A DNA stretch of 64,000 bases, from positions 99,450,001 to 99,514,000 of the forward strand of contig NC_086097.1 in NCBI RefSeq assembly GCF_963921235.1, given 5' to 3'. Under the pieces are notes generated by a model. It did not search any database. It worked only from the letters and a program-made list of their open reading frames with translations, and had not been told where the DNA came from. Origin of the DNA: Mobula hypostoma. Taxonomy: Eukaryota. Made by a program: the position numbers and the translations under genes. Numbering within the stretch: the first letter of the stretch is position 1; each line of letters opens with the position of its first letter. This document shows, in pieces, positions 54,401 through 64,000 of this stretch.

Positions 54401-54530
54401 ATCATTCTGAGTCTTTGCTCCAAGGGAGATTTCTATCAGTCTGATCACACCACTTTGCACTCAAATGTCGGTCCCCATCAGACCCAGAAACAGACCCATA
54501 TCAGGAGTAGACGACAAGTCAATTGCTCAC

Positions 54531-54606
54531 CTTCTGAGTTGGAAGATTACAGGCACTCAATGCAGCCTCTACCCGCTTCCTGTCAGCTGCGAACATCTGG
54601 TAAATA
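54531..54606 (-). CDS. PLCB2: Phospholipase C beta (PLCB2-like) internal exon, EF-hand region ([25 protein letters not shown])
   Basis: 76-bp exon flanked by tctgcag and gtgagc. The peptide matches my recollection of PLCB2 '[25 protein letters not shown]'. Ends in phase 0, matching the next exon. Confidence 0.9.
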
Positions 54607-54738
54607 CTGCAGATATAGAAGGGAATTCGTGAAAAAAGGAGGCCCTGATGAAAGGCTTTAACCTGAAATATTGACTCTGACCCTCTTCCCATAGATATGT
54701 TCAAGTTCAACTTGAAGTCTAATTGTCATTCAACAATT

Positions 54739-55408
54739 GGGGGAGAAGATGGCGGCGCGACGGCAGCGCGCGCGGCCTCTCCGGTGATGAATATCTGTTA
54801 TCTGTCAAGTACGGGACTGTGCACAATTCCTGATTTGATGGAGACAGACGTGAGTGCATAGTGGAACATCTGGAAAACTTCTGAAACGTCTGCTTTGCTA
54901 CCACTGCTACTGTGTGGTAACCAGAATCTCTGGTGCTGTAGGCCTCAAAATCCTCGGCCTTGCGTGTTTCAGCGGACGGGAAGAGGTCAAAGGCGCTCGG
55001 GTGGCTGTATCGGAGGGCTGGTCGGAAGCTCGAAGTTTTCAGACGGATGGACTCAGTGTCGGCTGTGGTCGGCTGCTTCCAAGGCATCGGCAAGTTGACG
55101 GTGCCTGGAGGTATATGGCAGGGAGTTTCTCCCTTTTGCCGCCTGCTATCGGGGACTCGGAGTTGATCAACTCGGGGACTTTGAGACTATTTTTTTTTAC
55201 TGTGCCCATGGTCTGTTCTTCTTCAAATTCTGGTATTGCTTTGCACTGCTGTAACTATATGGTATAATTATGTGGTTTTGTCAGTGTTAGTCTTTGGTCT
55301 GTCTTGTTTTCTGCGGATATCACACCGGAGAAACATTGTATCATTTCCTAATGCATGTCTGCATTTCTAAATGACAATAAAAGAGGACTGAGTGTTCTCA
55401 TAATCTAA
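54739..55408 (+). mobile_element. CpG-rich non-autonomous retroposon-like element
   Basis: Starts ggggagaagatggcggcg, has AATAAA and a short taatctaa tail, and interrupts an older repeat. No coding remnant recognised. Confidence 0.5.
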
Positions 55409-55729
55409 ACCCTAACTGTGAATAAAGCCAAACATTCCTCCAGGGCCAAACTGCACACAGCACACAGCACACAGTACACAGCACACAGCACACAGTACAC
55501 AGCACACAGCACACAGTACACAGCACACAGTACACATTACACAGCACACCGCACACCACACACCGTACACAGCACACAGCACACAGAGCAACGCACACAG
55601 TACACAGTACACAGCACACAGCACACAGCACACAGCACACCACACACGACACACCGTACACAGCACACAGCACACAGCACACAGTACACAACACACAGCA
55701 CACCGTACACAGCACACAGTACACAGCAC

Positions 55730-57911
55730 AAGACCTACAAGATCAACAAGGACTACAAGATCTTCGCCCGGGCAATGGCCAACCGTCTGGGTTCGGTAAT
55801 TGGACAGGTGGTCCATCCTGACCAATCTTACACAGTCCCGGGCCGCTCCATCCAGGACAATGTCCACCTAGTACGGGACCTGATCCACTTACTCCAGGAG
55901 ACTGGGACCCCGGCAGCGTTTCTTTCTCTTGACCAGGAGAAGGCGTTTGACCGGGTGGACCACAGTTTCCTGCTGGGCACCCTGCAGGCTTTTGGGCTCG
56001 GACCACACTTTGTGGCCCGAGTTCGGCTCCTGTACTCTGCTGCAGAGTGCCTAGTTAAGATTAACGGATCATTGACAGGACCTATCCACTTCCGAAGAGG
56101 AGTGCGTCAAGGGTGCCCCATGTCCAGTCAACTGTATGCGATCTGTGTCGAGCCATTCCTCAGCCTTCTTCGGCGAAGGCTGACAGGTCTGGTTCTGCGC
56201 GAACCGGACATGGGGGTCGTCCTCTCGGCCTACGCCGATGATGTACTCCTCATGATGACAGACCCCTGTGACCTGTGGAGGATGCGCGAGTGCCAAGATG
56301 TTTTCTCGGCGGCATCCTCCGCCAGGATCAACTGGGCGAAATGTTCCGGACTCTTAGTAGGCCAGTGGCAGGTAGACTCCCTGCCGGAGGAGATGAGAGC
56401 TTTTGAGTGGAGCACCAGACGTCTTCTCTATCTGGGAGTCTGCCTGAATCCTTCTGGGGAGACCTGGCTGGCGAACTGGCAGAACCTGGAGACAAAGGTC
56501 ATGGCCCGGCTAGGGCGCTGGTCAGGCCTTCTCAGGGTGCTTTCCTATCGAGGCAGGGTGGTGGTCATAAACCAGCTGGTGGCCTCCATGTTGTGGTACC
56601 GGATGGTCACCTTGGCACCCCCCCCCCGCCCCTTTTGTTGCGAGAATGCAGAGGAAGCTAGTGGACTTCTTCTGGGGAAACAGGAAACACTGGGTCTCTG
56701 CAGCGGTTCTGAGTCTCCCAGTAGGAGAGGGCGGACAGTCGCTGGTGTGTGTACGCACACGACTGGCGGCTCTCCGCCTCAGGACTCTGCAGAGATTCCT
56801 GTATGCCGAGCACCCTCCCAGGTGGCACGTGTTGGCGACTTTCTTCCTCCGGAGGGGCTGCTGTCTTGCCGAAGATATTCAGCTACCGCCGGCGGGTGTC
56901 AGCCGTGCTGCTTTGCAGAGGCTGCCAGGCTTCTATCAGGACCTACTGAGAGTCTGGAACATGGTTGCCTCAGGCCGGGAATCCCCTCCTCTGGCAGAGG
57001 GCGGGGTCCTGGCCGACCCTTGCCCTGCCTCAGCGGATGTCGGTGCGGCTCAGGTGTGTGGATCGACTCAAGCTGAACTGCTCGTCGGGCCCAGGCCCCG
57101 CAGCCTTACCCGAGAGACGAATCCACACAACTTGAGCCGTCTCTCATTCAGGGATGCAGGCAGGAGGTACCTTTATGGGCTATTGCTCCACACCCTCCAC
57201 TTCCTAGCCCTTGTCCACCGTCCCGACACGCCATGGCGGTCGGTCTTCCCACCTGGAGGTGAGGGGGGTCCCCAATGGAAGTCCCTTTACAAGGGAGTCC
57301 TTCCCATGCACCTCGGGGATCTCGGCTGGAGGGTGCTGCATAAAGTGGTGCCCTGCAATAAGTTCTTTAGTCTGTACACGGATCTCCCAGCCGCGTGTCA
57401 CTTCTGCGGGTTGGAGGAGACTGTGTACCATATGTACGTGGAGTGTGTGAGGTTGCAGCCTCTTTTCGCGTATTTGCGTGGGCTGCTTCTCGCCTTCTGG
57501 TTGCATTTCAGTCCCACCCTATTCATATATGGTCATCCAGTAAGGAGGGGGGCACAGAGGGATGAGGATGTCCTTGTCAACTTGCTCCTGGGGCTGGCGA
57601 AAATTGCCATCCGTGGCTCCTGGAAAAGGGTGGCAGGAGGTTCTCTCAGGGCGGACTGCCTGGCTATGTTTAGGGGGTATGTTCGTGCCCGGGTGAACAT
57701 TGAAAAGGAATACGCACAGTCCACGGCGACCGTAGAGGTGTTCCCGGACCGTTGGGCTCCGCGGGGTGTAAATGCCATCATTGATGAGGATGGCAATATA
57801 TTGGTTTAAGATGTATTGTCTGTTTGTAGTGTAGTAAATATGTTAGTCACTGGTTTTGTAAATATTGTATAGCACCGACATTTGTAATAAAGAATTTTGT
57901 TTAAAAAAAAA
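55730..57911 (+). mobile_element. Tx1-like (L1 clade) non-LTR retrotransposon, 5'-truncated copy 1
   Basis: RT motifs 'DYKIFA..LDQEKAFD..GVRQGCP..AYADD', a C-terminal 'CHFCG..ETVYH...C' zinc motif, AATAAA and poly(A). One frameshift in a C-run near 56620. Confidence 0.92.
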
Positions 57912-58789
57912 GTACACAGCACACAGCACACAGTACACAGTACACAGTACACAGTACACAGTACTCAGTACACAGCACACCGCACACCACACCACACAGT
58001 ACACAGCACACAGCACACAGTACACAGCACACAGTACACAGTACACAGCACAGAGCGCAACGCACACAGTACACAGTACACAGCACACCGCACACCACAC
58101 CACACAGTACACAGCACACAGCACACAGTACACAGCACACAGCACACAGTACACAGTACACAGCACACAGTACACAGCACACAGCACACAGTACACAGCA
58201 CACAGTACACAGCACACAGCACACAGCACACAGTACACAGCACACAGTACACAGTACACAGCACACAGCACAAAGTACACACCACACAGTACACAGTACA
58301 CAGCACACTGTACACATCACACAACACACAGTACACAGCACACAGTACACAGTACACAGCACACAGCACACAGTACACAGTACACAGTACACGGCACACA
58401 GCACAACGCACACATTACACAGTACACAGCACACAATACACAGCACACAGCACACAGTACACACCACACCACACAGCACACAGTACACAGTACACAGTAC
58501 ACAGCACGCAGCACACCACACAGCACACAGCACACCGCACACCGCACACAGTACACAGCGCAATGCACACAGTACACAGTACACAGCACACAGTACACAG
58601 TACACAGTACACAGTACACAGCGCGCAGCACACCACACAGCACACAGCACACCGCACAACGCACACAGTACACAGCGCAACGCACACAGTACACAGTACA
58701 CACCACACAGCGCAACACACACAGCACACAGTACACAGTACACAGCACACAGCACACAGTACACAATACAAAGCACTCAGCACACAGTA

Positions 58790-59778
58790 TGTCCAGACAC
58801 ATGTCTGGAACATGGTTGCCTCAGGCCGGGAATCCCCTCCTCTGACAGAGGGCGGGGTCCTGGCCGACCCTTGCCCTGCCTCAACGGATGTCGGTGCGGC
58901 TCAGGTGTGTGGATCGACTCAAGCTAAGCTGCTCGTCGGGCCCAGGCCCTGCAGCCTTACCCGAGAGACGAATCCACACAACTTGAGCCGTCTTTCATCG
59001 ACACCCACAATCCCATTCAGGGATGCAGGCAGGAGGTACCTTTATGGGCTGCTGCTCCACACCCTCCACTTCCTAGCCCTTGTCCACCGTCCCGACACGC
59101 CATGGCGGTCGGTCTTTCCACCTGGAGGTGAGGGGGGTCCCCAGTGGAAGTCCCTTTACAAGGGAGTCCTCCCCATGCACCTCGGGGATCTCGGCTGGAG
59201 GGTGCTGCATAAAGCGGTGCCCTGCAATAAGTTCTTTAGTCTGTACACGGATCTCCCAGCCGCGTGTCACTTCTGCGGGTTGGAGGAGACTGTGTACCAT
59301 ATGTACGTGGAGTGTGTGAGGTTGCAGCCTCTTTTCGCGTATTTGCGTGGGCTGCTTCTCGCCTTCTGGTTGCATTTCAGTCCCACCCTATTCATATATG
59401 GTCATCCAGTAAGGAGGGGGGCACAGAGGGATGAGGATGTCCTTGTCAACTTGCTCCTGGGGCTGGCGAAAATTGCCATCCGTGGCTCCTGGAAAAGGGT
59501 GGCAGGAGGTTCTCCCCGGGCGGACTGCCTGGCTATGTTTAGGGGGTATGTTCGTGCCCGGGTGAACATTGAAAAGGAATACGCACAGTCCACGGCGACC
59601 GTAGAGGTGTTCCGGGACCGTTGGGCTCCGCGGGGTGTAAATGCCATCATTGATGAGGATGGCAATATATTGGTTTAAGATGTATTGTCTGTTTGTAGTG
59701 TAGTAAATATGTTAGTCACTGGGTTTGTAAATATTGTATAGCACCGACATTTGTAATAAAGAATTTTGTAAAAAAAAA
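58790..59778 (+). mobile_element. Tx1-like copy 2 (shorter 5' truncation)
   Basis: Nearly identical to the 3' part of copy 1 but retains 18 nt that copy 1 lacks. Has poly(A) and a 31-bp TSD-like flank. Confidence 0.92.
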
Positions 59779-61938
59779 GTACACAGTACAAAGCACTCAG
59801 CACACAGTACACAGCACACCGCACACAGTACACCGCACACAGCACACAGTACACAGTATACAGTACACAGCACACAGTACGCAGTACACCGCACACAGCA
59901 CACAGTACACAGTACACAGCACACAGCACACAGCACACAGCACACAGTACACAGCACACAGTACACAGCACACAGCACACAGTACACAGCACACAGTACA
60001 CAGTACACAGTACACCGCACACAGCACACAGTACACAGTACACAGTACACAGCACACAGTACACCGCACACAGCACACAGTACACAGTACACAGCACACA
60101 GTACACAGCACACAGTACACAGCACACAGCACACAGTACGCAGTACACAGCACACAGCACAAAGTACACACCACACAGTACACAGTACACAGCACACAGT
60201 ACGCAGTACACTGTACACAGCACACAGTACGCAGTACACTGTACACAGCACACTGTACACATCACACAGCACACAGTACACAGCACACAGTACACAGTAC
60301 ACAGCACACAGCACACAGTACACAGTACACAGTACACGGCACACAGCACAACGCACACATTACACAGTACACAGTACACAGCACACAATACACAGCACAC
60401 AGTACACACCACACCACACAGCACACAGTACACAGTACACAGCACGCAGCACACCACACAGCACACAGCACACCGCACACCGCACACAGTACACAGCGCA
60501 ATGCACACAGTACCCAGTACACAGCACACAGTACACAGTACACACCACACAGCACACAGTACACAGTGCACATTACACAGTACACAGCACACAGTACACA
60601 GTACACAGTACACAGCGCGCAGCACACCACACAGCACACAGCACACCGCACACCGCACACAGTACACAGTACACAGCGCAACGCACACAGTACACAGTAC
60701 ACACCACACAGCGCAACACACACAGCACACAGTACACAGTACACAGCACACAGCACACAGCACACAGTACACAGTACACACCACACAGCGCAACACACAC
60801 AGCACACAGTACACAGCACACAGTACACACCACACCACACAGCACACAGTGCAACACACACAGCACACAGTACACAGTGCACATTACACAGTACACAGCA
60901 CACAGTACACAGTACACAGCACACAGCACACAGTACACAGTACACAGCACACAGCACACAGTACAAAGCACTCAGCACACAGTACACAGCACACGGTACA
61001 CAGCACACCGCGCACAGTACACCGCACACAGCACACAGTACACAGTATACAGTACACAGCACACAGTACACAGCACACAGTACGCAGTACACCGCACACA
61101 GCACACAGTACACAGCACACAGCACACAGCACACAGTACACAGCACACAGTACACAGCACACAGCACACAGTACACAGCACACAGTACACAGTACACAGC
61201 ATACAGCACACAGTACACAGTACACAGCACACATTACACAGCACACCGCACACCACAGCACACAGTACACAGCACACCACACACCACACAGCACACAGCA
61301 CACCACACATAGTACACAGTACACAGCACACCACACACAGTACACAGTACACACCACACCACACAGCACACAGCGCAACACACACAGCACACAGTACACA
61401 GTGCACATTACACAGTACACAGCACACAGTACACAGTACACAGCACACAGTACACAGTACAAAGCACTCAGCACACAGTACACAGCACACGGTACACAGC
61501 ACACCGCACACAGTACACCGCACACAGCACACAGTACACAGTATACAGTAAACAGCACACAGTACACAGCACACAGTGCGCAGTACACCGCACACAGCAC
61601 ACAGTACACAGTACACAGCACACAGCACACAGCACACAGCACACAGTACACAGCACACAGTACACAGCACACAGCACACAGTACACAGCACACAGTACAC
61701 AGCACACAGCACACAGTACACAGTACACAGCACACATTACACAGCACACCGCACACCACACCACACAGTACACAGCACACAGTACACAGCACACCACACA
61801 CCACACAGCACACAGCACACCACACATAGTACACAGTACACAGCACACAACACACCACACAGCGCAACGCACACAGTACACAGCACACAGTACACAGCTC
61901 ACAGCATAATGCACACAGTACACCGTACAGAGTAATAC

Positions 61939-61978
61939 ATAGCACCGACATTTGTAATAAAGAATTTTGTTACAAAAA
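61939..61978 (+). mobile_element. Tx1-like copy 4, 3' terminus only (~40 bp)
   Basis: atagcaccgacatttgtaataaagaattttgt is identical to the 3' UTR end of copies 1 and 2, followed by A's. Confidence 0.85.
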
Positions 61979-62605
61979 GTACACAGCACACAGCACACAG
62001 TACACAGCACACAGTACACAGTACACAGTACACAGCACACAGTACACAGCACACAGTACACAGTACACAGCACACAGCACACAGTACACCGCACACAGCA
62101 CACAGTACACAGTACACAGCACAAAGTACACAGCACACAGTTCACAGTACACAGTACACCGCGCACAGCACACAGTACACAGTACACAGTACACAGCACA
62201 CAGTACACCGCACACAGCACACAGTACACAGTACACAGCACACAGTACACAGCACACAGTACACAGTACACAGCACACAGTACACAGCACACAGCACACA
62301 GCACACAGTACACAGCACACAGTACACAGTACACAGCACACAGCACAAAGTACACACCACACAGTACACAGTACACAGCACACTGTACACATCACACAAC
62401 ACACAGTACACAGCACACAGTACACAGTACACAGCACACAGCACACAGTACACAGTACACAGTACACGGCACACAGCACAACGCACACATTACACAGTAC
62501 ACAGTACACAGCACACTGTACACATCACACAACACACAGTACACAGCACACAGTACACAGTACACAACACACAGCACACCGTACACAGCACACAGTACAC
62601 AGCAC

Positions 62606-64000
62606 AAGACCTACAAGATCAACAAGGACTACAAGATCTTCGCCCGGGCAATGGCCAACCGTCTGGGTTCGGTAATTGGACAGGTGGTCCATCCTGACCA
62701 ATCTTACACAGTCCCGGGCCGCTCCATCCAGGACAATGTCCACCTAGTACGGGACCTGATCCACTTACTCCAGGAGACTGGGACCCCGGCAGCGTTTCTT
62801 TCTCTTGACCAGGAGAAGGCGTTTGACCGGGTGGACCACAGTTTCCTGCTGGGCACCCTGCAGGCTTTTGGGCTCGGACCACACTTTGTGGCCCGAGTTC
62901 GGCTCCTCTGTACTCTGCTGCAGAGTGCCTAGTTAAGATTAACGGATCATTGACAGGACCTATCCACTTCCGAAGAGGAGTGCGTCAAGGGTGCCCCATG
63001 TCCAGTCAACTGTATGCGATCTGTGTCGAGCCATTCCTCAGCCTTCTTCGGTGAAGGCTGACAGGTCTGGTTCTGCGCGAACCGGACATGGGGGTCGTCC
63101 TCTCGGCCTACGCCGATGATGTACTCCTCATGATGACAGACCCCTGTGACCTGTGGAGGATGCGCGAGTGCCAAGATGTTTTCTCGGCGGCATCCTCCGC
63201 CAGGATCAACTGGGCGAAATGTTCCGGACTCTTAGTAGGCCAGTGGCAGGTAGACTCCCTGCCGGAGGAGATGAGAGCTTTTGAGTGGAGCACCAGACGT
63301 CTTCTCTATCTGGGAGTCTGCCTGAATCCTTCTGGGGAGACCTGGCTGGCGAACTGGCAGAACCTGGAGACAAAGGTCATGGCCCGGCTAGGGCGCTGGT
63401 CAGGCCTTCTCAGGGTGCTTTCCTATCGAGGCAGGGTGGTGGTCATAAACCAGCTGGTGGCCTCCATGTTGTGGTACCGGATGGTCACCTTGGCACCCCC
63501 CCCCCCGCCCCTTTTGTTGCGAGAATGCAGAGGAAGCTAGTGGACTTCTTCTGGGGAAACAGGAAACACTGGGTCTCTGCAGCGGTTCTGAGTCTCCCAG
63601 TAGGAGAGGGCGGACAGTCGCTGGTGTGTGTACGCACACGACTGGCGGCTCTCCGCCTCAGGACTCTGCAGAGATTCCTGTATGCCGAGCACCCTCCCAG
63701 GTGGCACGTGTTGGCGACTTTCTTCCTCCGGAGGGGCTGCTGTCTTGCCGAAGATATTCAGCTACCGCCGGCGGGTGTCAGCCGTGCTGCTTTGCAGAGG
63801 CTGCCAGGCTTCTATCAGGACCTACTGAGAGTCTGGAACATGGTTGCCTCAGGCCGGGAATCCCCTCCTCTGGCAGAGGGCGGGGTCCTGGCCGACCCTT
63901 GCCCTGCCTCAGCGGATGTCGGTGCGGCTCAGGTGTGTGGATCGACTCAAGCTGAACTGCTCGTCGGGCCCAGGCCCCGCAGCCTTACCCGAGAGACGAA
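62606..64000 (+). mobile_element. Tx1-like copy 3, duplicate of copy 1, runs off the window
   Basis: Same 5' junction and upstream flank as copy 1 at an offset of 6876 bp. Carries an extra 2-nt insertion and a TGA stop. Confidence 0.92.

Larger units (their letters stand above)
55452..62606 (+). repeat. Degenerate (CACAG / YACACAG)n satellite, interrupted by Tx1-like copies
   Basis: Tracts at 55452-55729, 57912-58789 and 59779-62606, built from 5- and 7-nt units. Confidence 0.96.

Noticed and set aside
55398..62932. Long His/Thr/Ser/Gln-rich and Cys/Val-rich ORFs (up to 605 aa), some fused to Tx1 ORF2
   Set aside because: These are translations of a stop-poor satellite that is open in most frames, not genes.

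Overview
Eukaryotic, vertebrate genomic DNA. The repeat families suggest a cartilaginous fish, but that is inference only. The window lies inside a minus-strand phospholipase C beta gene most similar to PLCB2. Nine spliceable internal exons (54606 down to 10153) encode EF-hand, catalytic X-box and acidic X-Y linker sequence. The introns are almost entirely repeats: a decayed Gypsy LTR element, nested CR1 LINEs, an old two-LTR retroelement with a tRNA-Pro-like PBS, tRNA-SINEs, a Rex1/Babar fragment, a hAT MITE, a ~9.8-kb G-rich 32-bp minisatellite and a 16-bp minisatellite born from a CR1. Two systems stand out. (1) A Tx1-like non-LTR retrotransposon has inserted repeatedly, with the same 3' junction, into a (CACAG/YACACAG)n satellite, which suggests sequence-specific targeting. 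(2) A family of Penelope-derived fold-back elements carries minimal hammerhead-ribozyme motifs, including an intact-looking copy on the pre-mRNA strand.
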